The notes: a model not told the origin generated them from the sequence alone. DNA of 64,000 nt from an uncultured Actinomycetota bacterium (GCA_963849885.1 CAWKIV010000003.1:5116-69115), one strand, 5' to 3'; shown: positions 10,369 to 21,479, numbered from the stretch's first letter. Numbers and translations: made by a program.

Positions 10369-11513
10369 CGCGGTCCTCCGGCGGGGGCTTGGGTGCCGGG
10401 GACGGTACGCGGCGGCAGCTCGGCCCGGACCACGAACCCGCCGCCGGCCCGCGGCCCGGCGGTCAGCGAGCCGCCCACCGCCTCGGCCCGGCGGCGCATC
10501 CCGGCGATCCCGGTGCCGGTGCGGGCGGCCTCCGCGCCGGCGCCGGTGCCGCGGTCGGCGACCTCGACCAGCAGGACGCCGTCCAGCCGGACCCGGACCG
10601 AGGCCTGGGCGGTGCCGGCGTGCCGCAGCACGTTGGTCAGCGACTCCTGGACGATCCGGTACGCGGCGGCGCCCACCGCGGGCGGCAGCTCCACCCGGCC
10701 GGGGGCCGGCAGCTCGGCGTCCAGCCGCAGCCCGCCGCCGCGCATCCGGTCGAGCAGCACCGGCAGGTCGGCCAGCCCGGGGCCGGGGCCGCGGGCGGCG
10801 GCGTCGGCCGGCGTGCGCAGCCGGTCCAGGTCGGCCCGCAGGCCGTCCAGGGCCTCCCGGGAGGTGGCGGCGAGCACGCCGAGCAGCTCCTTGGCCCGGG
10901 CCGGGTCCCGGTCGATGACGTGCGCGGCCACCCCGGCCTGCATGGCGACCACGGCGAGGGTGTGCCCGACGACGTCGTGCACGTCCTGCGCCATCGCCAG
11001 CCGCTCCTCGCTCACCGCCCGGCGGGCCGCCTCGGCCCGGGCGGCGGCCTCCGAGCGCTGCCGGGCGGCCAGCGCGAAGCCGGTCACCGCGCCGGCCGCG
11101 GTGGTGCCGGCCACCGCCGTCGACCACACCAGCAGCCCGCCCCAGCCGAGGTCGTCGACCAGGCGCGGGGCCGCGGCCGCCACCAGCACGGCGACGTAGC
11201 CGGCCAGCCAGGGCACGGCCCGGCGCAGCGGCATGGCCGCGGTCAGGCACCAGGCCCACACCGGCCCGACGAACAGGATCGGCCCGTACGGCTGGTCCAG
11301 CACCAGGTAGGCGCCGGTGACCGCGGCCGCCACGGCCACCCCGAGCAGCGGGGCGCGGCGGCGCAGCAGCAGGGTCAGCGCGGCCGCGGCGGCCAGCAGG
11401 TAGGCCACCGCCCCCGGCTCGGTCGCCTGGCTGGCCGCGGCACCGCGGGTGCCGCCGAGGCAGACGACCAGCAGCGGCACCGCCGGCAGAAGGATCAGCC
11501 AGCGCCTGCGCAC
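10365..11513 (-). CDS. Membrane sensor histidine kinase (HisKA_3)
   Basis: TM helices, EERLAMAQDVHDVVGH, AYRIVQESLTNVLRHA, GTGIAGMRRR. Confidence 0.95.
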   Translation of the reverse strand: MRRRWLILLPAVPLLVVCLGGTRGAAASQATEPGAVAYLLAAAAALTLLLRRRAPLLGVAVAAAVTGAYLVLDQPYGPILFVGPVWAWCLTAAMPLRRAVPWLAGYVAVLVAAAAPRLVDDLGWGGLLVWSTAVAGTTAAGAVTGFALAARQRSEAAARAEAARRAVSEERLAMAQDVHDVVGHTLAVVAMQAGVAAHVIDRDPARAKELLGVLAATSREALDGLRADLDRLRTPADAAARGPGPGLADLPVLLDRMRGGGLRLDAELPAPGRVELPPAVGAAAYRIVQESLTNVLRHAGTAQASVRVRLDGVLLVEVADRGTGAGAEAARTGTGIAGMRRRAEAVGGSLTAGPRAGGGFVVRAELPPRTVPGTQAPAGGPR

Positions 11514-11569
11514 GACCCGAGCCTAGGACGGGGCCGCCGGCCGGGCGTCCGCGTGGTGGCGCACCCGCC

Positions 11570-11587
11570 GTACGCAGATCCGCGTAC
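11570..11587. promoter_or_regulatory. Near-perfect palindrome between the divergent kinase and ABC genes; candidate regulator operator
   Basis: GTACGCAGATCCGCGTAC, one mismatched pair. Confidence 0.45.
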
Positions 11588-11644
11588 CGGGGAGCCGGTC
11601 ACCGGCGGACGACCGGGACCTCGCCGCACCGAAGGATCGGGGCC

Positions 11645-12607
11645 ATGACCGATCCCCCTGCGACCGTCGTGAGCACGCACCGGCTCACCAAGACCTTCGG
11701 CCCGCGGCGCGCGGTCGACGCGGTGGACCTGACCGTCCGCCGCGGCGAGGTGTACGGCTTCCTCGGGCCCAACGGTGCGGGCAAGACCACCACCCTGCGC
11801 ATGCTGCTCGGGCTGGTCCGGCCGACCTCGGGCCGGGCGCTGGTGCACGGGCGGGCGCCGGGCGACCCGGCCGCGGTGGCCCGGACCGGCTCGCTGGTCG
11901 AGGGGCCGGGCTTCTACCCGTACCTGTCCGGCCGGGAGAACCTCCGCGTCCTGGCCCGCTACCGCGGCCTGCCGGACCGGGAGGTGGACCGGGTCCTGGA
12001 CCGGGTCGACCTGACCGCCCGCGGCGGCGACCGCTTCCGGGCGTACTCGCTGGGCATGAAGCAGCGCCTCGGCGTGGCCGCCGCCCTGCTCGGCGACCCG
12101 GACCTGCTGGTCCTGGACGAGCCGACCAACGGGCTGGACCCGGCCGGCATGGCCGACATGCGCCGGCTGCTGGTCGACGTCGCCGCCGGCGGGCAGACCG
12201 TGCTGCTGTCCAGCCACCTGCTGGCCGAGGTGCAGGAGATCTGCGACCGGGTCGGCATCGTCGACCACGGCCGGCTGCTGGTGGAGAGCACGGTGGCCGA
12301 GCTGCGCGGGTCCAGCGGCATCCTGCTGCGGGCCCGGCCGCTGGACCGGGCGCTGGCCGTCGCGATGCGGCTGGCCGGCGACGACGCCGTCGAGGTGGTC
12401 GACGCGCCGCCGGCCGAGCCGGGCGCCGGGCGCGGGCTGCGGCTCGCGGCCGCCCCGGAGCTGGTCCCCGAGCTGGCCCGGGCGCTGGTCGCCGCGGACG
12501 TCGACATCACCGAGCTGCACCACGTCGAGCGGTCCCTGGAGGAGGTCTTCTTCGACCTCACCCGCGCCGGGACCACCCGACTCGAGAGCAAGGAGGTTCC
12601 GGCATGA
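11645..12607 (+). CDS. ABC transporter ATP-binding protein (BcrA/lantibiotic-resistance type)
   Basis: GPNGAGKTT, YSLGMKQRL, LDEPTNGLDP, LSSHLL. Confidence 0.95.
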   Translation: MTDPPATVVSTHRLTKTFGPRRAVDAVDLTVRRGEVYGFLGPNGAGKTTTLRMLLGLVRPTSGRALVHGRAPGDPAAVARTGSLVEGPGFYPYLSGRENLRVLARYRGLPDREVDRVLDRVDLTARGGDRFRAYSLGMKQRLGVAAALLGDPDLLVLDEPTNGLDPAGMADMRRLLVDVAAGGQTVLLSSHLLAEVQEICDRVGIVDHGRLLVESTVAELRGSSGILLRARPLDRALAVAMRLAGDDAVEVVDAPPAEPGAGRGLRLAAAPELVPELARALVAADVDITELHHVERSLEEVFFDLTRAGTTRLESKEVPA

Positions 12608-13497
12608 CCGCCACGACCGTCGAGCGGCCGACCCGACCGGCGTCCGCACCGGGACCCGCGCTGGTCCGCAGCAGCCGGGCCGAGCTGCGCCGGCTGCTGC
12701 GCTGGCCGGCCACCTGGGTGCTGGTCGGGGTGTGGTCCGCGCTCAGCCTGACCTTCACGTACGTCTTCGACTGGATCAGCTACCGCACCGGCGAGACCAC
12801 GGGGCCCGCCGCTGCCGGGGTGACGCTGGACGGCCTGCTGCCGGCGGCGATCCCCGACGTGCTGGTGCAGGGGATGCCGATGTTCGGCGGGGCGATCGTG
12901 ATGATCCTCGGCGCGCTGGCCGTCGGCAGCGGGTACGGCTGGGGCACCTGGAAGACCGTGCTCACCCAGGGGCCGGGCCGGGTCGCCGCCTTCGGCGGGA
13001 CGCTGGTCGCGCTCGGGGTGGTGATCGCCGGCACCGTGCTGGCCACCATCGGGGTCGACCTGGCCGTGTCGTCGCTGATCGCCGCGGTCGAGGGCGGCTC
13101 CGGGGCGCTGCCGGGCCTGGCCGACCTGGCCCGGTCGTACGGTGGCGGCCTGCTGATCATGGGCATGTGGACCGCCGCCGGCGTGCTGGTCGGCGTGCTG
13201 GCCCGCGGGCCGGCGCTGGCGGTCGGCCTCGGCCTGGTCTGGTCGCTCGTGGTGGAAAACCTGCTGCGCGGCGTCGCGGCGGCGCTGCCCGGCATCGAGG
13301 GGGTGACCGACCGGCTGCCCGGCTCCGCCGCCGGCTCGCTGGCCGGCTCGCTCGGCGCGGTCGGCGACGCGCAGGGCGGCGCGCCCGGGGTGCTGGACGT
13401 GCTGTCCGGGCCGGTGGCGACCGGGCTGACGGCCGGCTACCTGGTCGCCTTCGCGGCACTCTCGCTGCTGCTGGTCGGCCGCCGCGACCTGCTCTGA
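12604..13497 (+). CDS. ABC transporter permease
   Basis: Several TM helices, GSGYGWGTWKTVLTQ motif; ATGA overlap with the ATPase. Confidence 0.9.
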   Translation: MTATTVERPTRPASAPGPALVRSSRAELRRLLRWPATWVLVGVWSALSLTFTYVFDWISYRTGETTGPAAAGVTLDGLLPAAIPDVLVQGMPMFGGAIVMILGALAVGSGYGWGTWKTVLTQGPGRVAAFGGTLVALGVVIAGTVLATIGVDLAVSSLIAAVEGGSGALPGLADLARSYGGGLLIMGMWTAAGVLVGVLARGPALAVGLGLVWSLVVENLLRGVAAALPGIEGVTDRLPGSAAGSLAGSLGAVGDAQGGAPGVLDVLSGPVATGLTAGYLVAFAALSLLLVGRRDLL

Positions 13498-14511
13498 CCG
13501 GGCCGCCGGCCGGCCAGCGCGATGCCGGCGAAGGTGAGCAGCACGCCGGCCAGGGTGGCGGCGTCCACCCCGCCGGTGCGGCCGGGGCTGACCAGGTCGA
13601 TGAGCACGCCGCCGGCCAGCTGGCCGGCGACCGTGCTGAGCGCCAGCCGGAGCACCCCCAGGCCGCGGACGGCCCAGGCGGCCACGGTGATGTAGACGAC
13701 GCCGAGCGCCCCGCCCGCATACAGGCCGGCCGGGCCGGGCCACCACCGGTCCGGCCCGGCGCCGGCGAGCAGGGCGACGGCGAAGACGACGACCAGCGCC
13801 GCGGTGCCGACCATGAAGTTGACGCAGCCGGCGAGCAGCGCCGAGCCGGTGGCCCGCTGGACCCGGCCGTTGAGCGCCTGCTGGACGGCCAGCCCGACGC
13901 CGGCCGCGGCCGAGGCGGCGAGGATGCCGAGCACGGCGCCGGGAGTGACCGCGGCGGTGTCGTGGCCCAGCCGGATCACCAGCACGGCCAGCACCGCCAA
14001 AGCGGCCCCGGCGACCCGGCCCGCGGACAGCGGGTGCGGGCCGCCCGGGACGAGCCGGGACCGGTCCACCAGCAGGGCGCCGACCGCCTGGCCGGCGACC
14101 AGCCCGACGGTGAAGGTGGCGACGCCGACCACGGGCACGGCGAGCGCGGCGACGGTGACCACGGTGGCGCCGGACAGGCCGCCGCAGTACGTCCACCAGG
14201 GCAGCCGGTGGGCCAGCGCCGGGCGGACCGCCCGGCGGCTGGCCGGCAGCGCGGCGACGAGCGCGGCGATGACGACCAGGCCGGAGCCGAAGGACACGAG
14301 CGCGGCCCAGAGCGCGGAGCCGGCGCGGTCGGCGAGCTCGCCGTTGAGCCGGCCCTGCAGGGCGAAGAGCGCGCCGCCGAGGAGGACGGCGCCCAGCGCC
14401 CCCGCCGCCGGCCCGCGCCCGCCGTCCGAGCCACCCGCCGCCGGCCCGCCGCCGCCGGCTCCGCCGCCGGCCCGCGCCCGGCGTCCGAGCCGCCCGCCGG
14501 GCCGGGCTCAC
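13437..14511 (-). CDS. DMT family (YdcZ-like) transporter; 5' end frameshifted or uncertain
   Basis: Two repeated halves (LQGRLNGEL / QQALNGRV; WWTYCGG / LYAGGALG); the family-like sequence extends upstream of 14297 toward a GTG coupled to the hisG stop. Confidence 0.8.
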
Positions 14512-15389
14512 TCGACGATCTTGGAGATCGACAGCTCGAGGATGTCCCGCGCCCCGGCCGCCCGCAGCGCCGGGATCAGCGTGTTCACCCCGCGCTTGGG
14601 CACCACCGACTCGACCGCGTTCATGTCCCCGGACGCGAGCCGGGTCACCGTCGGCGAGGACATCGCCGGCAGCACCGCGAGCACCTCGTCCAGCCGGGTC
14701 GCCGGCACGTTGAGCTTCACCAGCACCTGCCCGCGGGCCCGGATCGCGCCCTGCAGCAGCAGGGCCACGTCCTCCATCGCCGCCCGCTTGGCCGGGTCGG
14801 CGTACGCGGCCGCGTTGGCCACCAGCTCGGTGTACGAGGTCAGCAGCGTGTCCAGGATGCGCAGCCCGTTCTTGCGCAGCGACGAGCCGGTCTCGGTGAG
14901 GTCGACGACGGCGTCCACGATGTCCGGCACCTTGGCCTCGGTCGCCCCGTACGACGGGACCACGACCGCCTTGACCCCGTGCCGCTCCAGGTAGCGCCGG
15001 GTCAGCGAGGGGAACTCGGTGGAGATCCGCACCCCCTCCGGCAGGTCCGCCGGGCCCTGCCAGGTCGCCTCCCGGGGGACGGCGAGCACCACCCGGACCG
15101 GGTCCGAGGTCGCCTTGCTGTAGTGCAGCTCGCCCAGCGACACCACGTCCGAGTCGGTCTCGGTGATCCAGTCCCGGCCGGTGATGCCGAGGTCGAACAG
15201 GCCCTGCTCGACGTACTCGGGGATCTCCTGCGGGCGCAGGAAGCGCACCCGGTCGATCCCGGGGTGGTCGATCCAGGCGTGGTAGTCGCGGTCCGAGCCG
15301 CGGCGGACGGCCAGGTCGGCCGCGTCGAACAGGTCGAGGGTCGCCTTCTCCAGCGACCCCTTGGGCAGCACGAGCGAGAGCACGGGCAC
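14508..15389 (-). CDS. hisG: ATP phosphoribosyltransferase, long form
   Basis: LPKGSLEK, RPQEIPEYV, DLGITGRDW, SYGATEAK, DLTETGSSLRKNGL, C-terminal regulatory domain. Confidence 0.95.
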   Translation of the reverse strand: MPVLSLVLPKGSLEKATLDLFDAADLAVRRGSDRDYHAWIDHPGIDRVRFLRPQEIPEYVEQGLFDLGITGRDWITETDSDVVSLGELHYSKATSDPVRVVLAVPREATWQGPADLPEGVRISTEFPSLTRRYLERHGVKAVVVPSYGATEAKVPDIVDAVVDLTETGSSLRKNGLRILDTLLTSYTELVANAAAYADPAKRAAMEDVALLLQGAIRARGQVLVKLNVPATRLDEVLAVLPAMSSPTVTRLASGDMNAVESVVPKRGVNTLIPALRAAGARDILELSISKIVE

Positions 15390-15409
15390 TCCGGTGGGGC
15401 GAGAGCGGG

Positions 15410-15907
15410 TCAGATCCAGGACCGGCCCGGGCGATGTCGCAGGCCGCCGAGCACCAGCGCGGTGTCCAGCGCCGCGATCACCGCCTCGTAGCCCTTGTCC
15501 TCCCGGCTGCCCGGCCCGCCGGCCCGGTCCTGGGCCTGCTCCACCGTGTCACAGGTCAGCACGCCGTTGCCGACCGGGGTGCGCTCGTCCAGCGCGACCC
15601 GGGTCAGCCCGTCGGTCACCGACCGGCAGACGTAGTCGAAGTGCGGGGTGCCGCCGCGGATCACCACGCCGAGCGCGACCACCGCGTCGTACGGCTGCCG
15701 GGCCAGCTCCTGCACCACCACCGGCAGCTCCAGCGAGCCGACCACCGGGACCACCAGCGGGTCGGCGGCCTTGCAGTCCTCGGCGGCCCGCAGGGCCCGG
15801 TCCAGCAGCCGGCCGGTCAGCTCGGCGTGCCAGCGGGTGACCGCGATGCCCAGCCGCAGGCCGGTCGCGTCGACCGGCTCCGGCCCGGGCCGGCCGGTGC
15901 CGCTCAC
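15410..15907 (-). CDS. ribH: 6,7-dimethyl-8-ribityllumazine synthase
   Basis: [31 protein letters not shown]. Confidence 0.97.
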   Translation of the reverse strand: MSGTGRPGPEPVDATGLRLGIAVTRWHAELTGRLLDRALRAAEDCKAADPLVVPVVGSLELPVVVQELARQPYDAVVALGVVIRGGTPHFDYVCRSVTDGLTRVALDERTPVGNGVLTCDTVEQAQDRAGGPGSREDKGYEAVIAALDTALVLGGLRHRPGRSWI

Positions 15908-15917
15908 CGGCGCCCGC

Positions 15918-17153
15918 TCACAGCGCCGAGGGGAGGTCGTGGCCCATCCGGTCCCGCTTGGTCCGCAGGTAGCGCAGGTTGTCCTCGGTCGGGTGCACCG
16001 GCAGCGGCACCCGCTCCACGATCCGCAGCCCGTACCCCTCCAGCGCGGCCCGCTTGGCCGGGTTGTTGGTGAGCAGCCGCATCGTCCGCACGCCCAGGTC
16101 GGCCAGGATCTGCGCGCCGGTGCCGTAGTCGCGGGCGTCGGCCGGCAGGCCGAGCGCCAGGTTGGCGTCGACCGTGTCCGCGCCGGCGTCCTGCAACTGG
16201 TACGCCTGGAGCTTGTGCAGCAGGCCGATGCCGCGGCCCTCGTGCCCGCGCACGTAGAGCACCACGCCGCGACCGGCGGCGGCGACCGCGGCCAGCGCGG
16301 CGTCCAGCTGCAGCCCGCAGTCGCACCGGCGGGAGCCGAAGACGTCCCCGGTCAGGCACTCCGAGTGCACCCGGACCAGCAGGTCGTCGCCGGCGGCGAC
16401 CCGGCCGTCCACCAGCTCGCCGGCGACCAGCGCGACGTGCTGCCGGTCGTCCAGGTCGGAGCCGTACCCGATCGCCTTGAACTCGCCGTGCGCGGTCGGG
16501 ATCCGGGCCTCGGCCAGCCGGTGCACCTGCCGCTCGGTGCGCATCCGGTACGCCACCAGGTCGGCGATCGAGATCAGGGTCAGCCCGTGCGCCCGGACGA
16601 ACGGGACCAGCTGCGGCAGCCGCATGCAGGAGCCGTCGTCGTTGACCACCTCGCACAGCGTCGCGGCCGGGCGCCGGCCGGCCAGCCGGGCCAGGTCGAC
16701 CGCGGCCTCGGTGTGGCCGGGCCGGCGCAGCACGCCACCCTCGGCGGCCCGCAGCGGGAAGACGTGGCCGGGCCGGGTGAGGTCCTCGGCCTCGGTCGCC
16801 GGGTCGGCCAGCAGCCGGATGGTGTGCGCCCGCTCGGCCGCGGAGATGCCGGTGGTGGTCTTGTCCCGGGCGTCGACGGACACGGTGAACGCGGTCTGCT
16901 TGCGGTCCTCGTTGCGGTGGTGCATCGGCGGCAGCGCCAGCCGGTCGCAGTCGGCCGCGGTCAGCGGCGCGCACAGCACCCCACTGGTGTGCCGGACCAT
17001 GAAGCCGATCAGCTCCGCGGTGGCGCACTCGGCGGCCATGATGAGGTCGCCCTCGTTTTCCCGGTCCTCGTCGTCGACCACGACCACCGGGCGGCCCGCG
17101 GCGATCTCCGCGAGGGCATGCTCCACCGTGCCGAAGACGCTCATCTGGCTCAC
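15918..17153 (-). CDS. ribBA: Bifunctional DHBP synthase / GTP cyclohydrolase II
   Basis: [50 protein letters not shown]. Confidence 0.97.
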   Translation of the reverse strand: MSQMSVFGTVEHALAEIAAGRPVVVVDDEDRENEGDLIMAAECATAELIGFMVRHTSGVLCAPLTAADCDRLALPPMHHRNEDRKQTAFTVSVDARDKTTTGISAAERAHTIRLLADPATEAEDLTRPGHVFPLRAAEGGVLRRPGHTEAAVDLARLAGRRPAATLCEVVNDDGSCMRLPQLVPFVRAHGLTLISIADLVAYRMRTERQVHRLAEARIPTAHGEFKAIGYGSDLDDRQHVALVAGELVDGRVAAGDDLLVRVHSECLTGDVFGSRRCDCGLQLDAALAAVAAAGRGVVLYVRGHEGRGIGLLHKLQAYQLQDAGADTVDANLALGLPADARDYGTGAQILADLGVRTMRLLTNNPAKRAALEGYGLRIVERVPLPVHPTEDNLRYLRTKRDRMGHDLPSAL

Positions 17154-17743
17154 TCCTCCGGTCCGCCGGCCGCGGTGAGCAGGCGCTCCACGTACTTGGC
17201 GATCACGTCGACCTCGAGGTTGACCCGGCGGCCGACCGGCATCCGGCCGAGCGTGGTGATCGCCAGCGTGGTCGGGATGAGCGCCACGGTGAACGAGTCG
17301 GCGCCGGCCTCGACCACGGTCAGGCTCACGCCGTCGACGGTGACCGAGCCCTTCTCCACCAGGTAGCGGCTCAGCCGCGGCGGCAGCCCGAAGCGCAGCT
17401 CGCCGCCGTCGGACCGGGACAGCAGCGTGCCCATCCCGTCCACGTGCCCCTGCACCAGGTGGCCGCCCAGCCGGGTGGACAGGGTGGCCGCGCGCTCCAG
17501 GTTGACCGGGTCGCCGGCCGCGACGTCGGCCAGCGAGCTGCGGCTGAGCGTCTCGGCGGTGACGTCCGCGGCGAAGGTGCCGCCGGCCACGTCGACGACG
17601 GTCAGGCAGGTGCCGTTGACCGCGATCGAGTCGCCGGGCGCGGCGTCCTCGGTGACCCGCGGCCCGCGCAGGGTGAGCCGGCCGGTGGTGACCTCGACCA
17701 CCTCGCCCAGCTCCTCCACGATGCCGGTGAACACCGCGGTCAC
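17150..17743 (-). CDS. ribE: Riboflavin synthase
   Basis: [48 protein letters not shown]. Confidence 0.96.
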   Translation of the reverse strand: MTAVFTGIVEELGEVVEVTTGRLTLRGPRVTEDAAPGDSIAVNGTCLTVVDVAGGTFAADVTAETLSRSSLADVAAGDPVNLERAATLSTRLGGHLVQGHVDGMGTLLSRSDGGELRFGLPPRLSRYLVEKGSVTVDGVSLTVVEAGADSFTVALIPTTLAITTLGRMPVGRRVNLEVDVIAKYVERLLTAAGGPEE

Positions 17744-18399
17744 CCGGCCCGGGCGGCGAGTCCGCGCAGCTCGGCGACGGCCTTGGCCGGGTCGTCGGCG
17801 GCGTAGACCGCGGAGCCGGCGACGAAGACGTCCGCGCCGGCCTCGGCCGCGGCCTCGATGGTGTCCGCGTTGATGCCGCCGTCGACCTCGACGTGCAGCC
17901 GCAGGTGGCCGGTCTGCACCCGGCGGCGGGCCTCCCGCACCTTCGGCAGCACCTCGGCGCGGAAGTCCTGCCCGCCGAAGCCGGGCTCCACCGTCATCAC
18001 CAGCAGCGTGTCGTAGCCGGTCAGGACCTCCAGGTACGGCTCCAGGGGGGTGCCCGGCTTGATCGCCAGCCCGGCCAGCGCGCCGGCCGCGCGCAGCTCG
18101 CGGGCCAGCTTCGCCGGGTCCGCGGCCGCCTCCGCGTGCACGGTCACGTTGCGCGCGCCGGCCTCCGCGTACGGCGGGGCCCACCGGTCCGGGTCCTCGA
18201 TCATCAGGTGGCAGTCCAGCGGGATGTCGGTGGCCGCGCGCAGCGCCTCGACCACCGGCAGGCCGATGGTGAGGTTGGGCACGAAGTGGTTGTCCATCAC
18301 GTCGACGTGCAGCCAGTCGGCGCCGCGGACGGCCTCGGCGGCCTCGGCGAGCCGAGCGAAGTCGGCCGAGAGCAGGCTCGGCGCGATCATCGGGGGCAC
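17740..18399 (-). CDS. rpe: Ribulose-phosphate 3-epimerase
   Basis: [40 protein letters not shown]. Confidence 0.98.
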   Translation of the reverse strand: MPPMIAPSLLSADFARLAEAAEAVRGADWLHVDVMDNHFVPNLTIGLPVVEALRAATDIPLDCHLMIEDPDRWAPPYAEAGARNVTVHAEAAADPAKLARELRAAGALAGLAIKPGTPLEPYLEVLTGYDTLLVMTVEPGFGGQDFRAEVLPKVREARRRVQTGHLRLHVEVDGGINADTIEAAAEAGADVFVAGSAVYAADDPAKAVAELRGLAARAG

Positions 18400-18429
18400 T
18401 CGATCACCCTACCGGCCGCGCCCGGGCGG

Positions 18430-19926
18430 TCACCGGCGGCGCAGCAGCGCGCAGAACATCGCGTCGGTGCCGTGCCGGTGCGGCCAGAGCTGGACCGCCG
18501 GGCCGTCCCCGAGGTCCGGGACGCCGGGGAAGAGGGGCCGGGTGTCCAGTGGCTCGGCGGTGCCGTCGGCCAGCACGTCGGCCACCACCTCGCGGGTCTC
18601 GGCCAGGTGCGGGGAGCAGACGACGTACCCGACCGCGCCGCCGGGGCGGGCGGCGGCCAGCGCGGACCGAAGCAGGCTCCGCTGCAGCGCGGCCAGCTCG
18701 GCGACGTCCTCCGGGCGGCGCCGCCAGCGCGCCTCCGGGCGGCGGCGCAGCGCCCCCAGGCCGGTGCACGGGGCGTCCACCAGCACCCGGTCGAAGGCGC
18801 CGGCGCGCCAGGCCGGGACGGTGCCGTCGGCGCCGACCACGGTGACCGGGAGGCCGGCGGTGGCCGCGGCGACCAGGCGGGCCCGGTGCGCGGCGATCTC
18901 CACCGCGACCAGCCGCGCCCCGCCCCCGGCCGCGGCTGAGCCGGCGGCGGCGGAGCCGGCGGCGGCGGAGCCGGCGGCGGCCGGATCGGTCGCGCCGCCC
19001 GCCGAGGGGCCCGGACGGCCGGCCAGCGCGAGCGCGCCGAGCAGGGCCGCCTTGCCGCCGGGGCCGGCGCACAGGTCCAGCCAGGTCCGGTCCGGGCCGT
19101 CCAGCGGGGCGGCCAGCAGCGCGAGCGCGCACAGCTGGCTGCCCTCGTCCTGCACCCCGGCCCGCCCGTCCCGGACCGGGGCCAGCGCGCCGGGATCGCC
19201 GCCGCCGGGCAGCCGGACCGCGTACGGCGACCACGGGCCGGGCTCGCCGCCGGCCAGCGCGACCAGCTCGGCCCGGTCCAGCCGGCCGGGCCGGACGACC
19301 AGGTGCGTCTGCGGGCGGGCGTCGTCCGCGGCCAGCGCGGCCGCGGTCTCGGTCAGGTCGCCGCCGAGGGCGGCCCGGAAGGCGGCCACCACCCACTCCG
19401 GGTGCGCGTACCGGATCGCCAGGTCGCCGACCGGGTCGCCCGGCGCCACCGCGGCCACCCAGCCGTCCCAGTCCTGCCGGGCGACCCGGCGCAGCACCGC
19501 GTTGACGAAGCCGGCGGCCCGGCGCGGGGCCAGGTCCACGGTCGCGGAGACGGCCGCGTGCGGCGGGACGCGGGTGCGGAGCACCTGGTACGCCCCCAGC
19601 CGCAGGGCCGCGCGCACCGGCGGGTCCATCGCGGTCAGCGGCCGGTCGGCGCACCGGGCCAGGATCGCGTCCAGGGTGCCGGTGGCGCGCAGGGTGCCGT
19701 AGCCGAGCTCGGTGGCGAAGGCGGCGTCCCGGCCGGTCAGCCCGCGCTCGCGCAGCAGCGCCGGCAGGGTCAGGTTCGCGTACGCGTCGCGCTCCTCGAC
19801 CGCGCGGAGCAGGTCGTACGCGGCCCGCCGGGCCGGGTCGGCGTCCCGCCGCGGGGCCGGGCGGGCCGGGCGCGGACCGCGGCCGGCCGCGCCGCCCCGC
19901 CGCGCCGGCGCCGGCCGCCCGCTCAC
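18430..19926 (-). CDS. rsmB: 16S rRNA m5C967 methyltransferase (Sun/RsmB)
   Basis: NusB-like N-domain, [32 protein letters not shown]; GTG overlaps the fmt stop. Confidence 0.93.
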   Translation of the reverse strand: MSGRPAPARRGGAAGRGPRPARPAPRRDADPARRAAYDLLRAVEERDAYANLTLPALLRERGLTGRDAAFATELGYGTLRATGTLDAILARCADRPLTAMDPPVRAALRLGAYQVLRTRVPPHAAVSATVDLAPRRAAGFVNAVLRRVARQDWDGWVAAVAPGDPVGDLAIRYAHPEWVVAAFRAALGGDLTETAAALAADDARPQTHLVVRPGRLDRAELVALAGGEPGPWSPYAVRLPGGGDPGALAPVRDGRAGVQDEGSQLCALALLAAPLDGPDRTWLDLCAGPGGKAALLGALALAGRPGPSAGGATDPAAAGSAAAGSAAAGSAAAGGGARLVAVEIAAHRARLVAAATAGLPVTVVGADGTVPAWRAGAFDRVLVDAPCTGLGALRRRPEARWRRRPEDVAELAALQRSLLRSALAAARPGGAVGYVVCSPHLAETREVVADVLADGTAEPLDTRPLFPGVPDLGDGPAVQLWPHRHGTDAMFCALLRRR

Positions 19927-20870
19927 GCCGGTCCCCCGGCCGGGACGCCGAGGACGGTGTCCGGGGCGAGGCGGGCGCCGCGGGCCCAGTCCGGCGCGGC
20001 CATCGGCCGCTTGCCCGGCGCCTGCACCTCGCCCAGCTCCACCGGCGCCGTCCCGGTGCCGACCAGCACCCGGCGCTTCTCCACCCGGACCGCGCCCGGC
20101 GGCAGCGCCGGCGCGTCCGGCACCGGCAGCACCGGCCCCAGCTTGAGCCGGTCGGCGCCGTGCTCGGTCCACGCGCCGGGCGCCGGCGTGCACGCCCGGA
20201 CCAGCCGGTCCACCCCGACCGCCGGCGCGGCCCAGTCCACCCGGGCGTCCTCGACGGTGATCTTCGGCGCCAGCGAGACGCCGTCCGCCGGCTGCGGGCG
20301 GGCCTCCAGCGTGCCGTCCTCGATCCCGTCCAGGGTGCGCACCAGCAGCTCGGCGCCGGACACCGACAGCCGCTCGAGCAGCTCCCCGGCGGTGTCCCGG
20401 GGCCGCACGGTCTCGGTGACCAGCCCGTACACCGGGCCGGTGTCCAACCCTTCCTCCAGCAGGAAGGTGCTCGCCCCGGTCACCTCGTCGCCGTGCCGCA
20501 CGGCCGCCTGCACCGGGGCCGCGCCGCGCCACGCCGGCAGCACCGAGAAGTGCAGGTTGACCCAGCCGTGCCGGGGGATGTCCAGCGCCGCCCGCGGGAC
20601 CAGCGCCCCGTACGCGACCACCGGGCAGCAGTCCGGCCCGATCGCGGCCAGCCGGGCCAGGAACTCCGGCTCCCGCGGCCGGGCCGGGGTGAGCACCTCC
20701 AGGCCGGCCTCGTCGGCCAGCCGGGCCACCGGCGAGCGGCGCTCGTGCCGGCCGCGGCCGGCCGGCGCGTCCGGCCGGGTGACCACAGCGACGACGTCGT
20801 GGCGGGAAGCCAGCAGGGCCCGCAGCGGCGGCAGCGCGACCGCGGGGGTGCCGGCGAAGACGAGCTTCAG
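19923..20870 (-). CDS. fmt: Methionyl-tRNA formyltransferase (apparent CTG start)
   Basis: x[43 protein letters not shown]. Confidence 0.95.
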   Translation of the reverse strand: MKLVFAGTPAVALPPLRALLASRHDVVAVVTRPDAPAGRGRHERRSPVARLADEAGLEVLTPARPREPEFLARLAAIGPDCCPVVAYGALVPRAALDIPRHGWVNLHFSVLPAWRGAAPVQAAVRHGDEVTGASTFLLEEGLDTGPVYGLVTETVRPRDTAGELLERLSVSGAELLVRTLDGIEDGTLEARPQPADGVSLAPKITVEDARVDWAAPAVGVDRLVRACTPAPGAWTEHGADRLKLGPVLPVPDAPALPPGAVRVEKRRVLVGTGTAPVELGEVQAPGKRPMAAPDWARGARLAPDTVLGVPAGGPA

Positions 20871-21418
20871 AGCGCCCGCCCCAGGGTCGGGTGCGGGCTG
20901 AGCTTGACCACCGGGGCCGGGGCCTGCGCCCACTCGGCGGCCCGGATCTCGGCCATCGCCTGCCGCCGGGTCTCCGGGTCGAGCCGGTCCACGAACAGCA
21001 CCCCGTCGAGGTGGTCGGTCTCGTGCTGCACGCACCGGGCCAGCAGGTCGGAGCCGAGCAGGGTGACCGGCTCCCCGTACATGTCCCGGCCGCGGGCGAC
21101 CACGTGCCGGTGCCGGCGGCAGTCCCAGGACAGGCCGGGGATGGACAGGCAGCCCTCCGGGCCGTCCTGCTGCTCGGGGTCGGGGAAGCTCAGCTCCGGG
21201 TTGACCAGGTGGCCGTGCTCCTCGTCGTCCACGTGGTAGGTGAACACGCGCAGCCCGACGCCGATCTGCGGCGCGGCCAGGCCGGTGCCGGGGGCGTCGA
21301 GCATGGTCTCGAAGAGGTCGGCGACGAGCGTCCGCAGCTCCTTGTCGAAGTCCACCACCGGGTCGGCGGTGGAGCGCAGCACCGGGTCGCCGAACAGTCG
21401 GATCGGCTGGACGGCCAC
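20867..21418 (-). CDS. def: Peptide deformylase
   Basis: [22 protein letters not shown]; AGGAG SD; -10 TACACT at 21461-21466. Confidence 0.98.
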   Translation of the reverse strand: MAVQPIRLFGDPVLRSTADPVVDFDKELRTLVADLFETMLDAPGTGLAAPQIGVGLRVFTYHVDDEEHGHLVNPELSFPDPEQQDGPEGCLSIPGLSWDCRRHRHVVARGRDMYGEPVTLLGSDLLARCVQHETDHLDGVLFVDRLDPETRRQAMAEIRAAEWAQAPAPVVKLSPHPTLGRAL

Positions 21419-21479
21419 GGGGCTGCTCCTGCTGGGGACGGCGTCGACGGACAGCCGCCGAGTGTAGTTGTGCCGGCTG

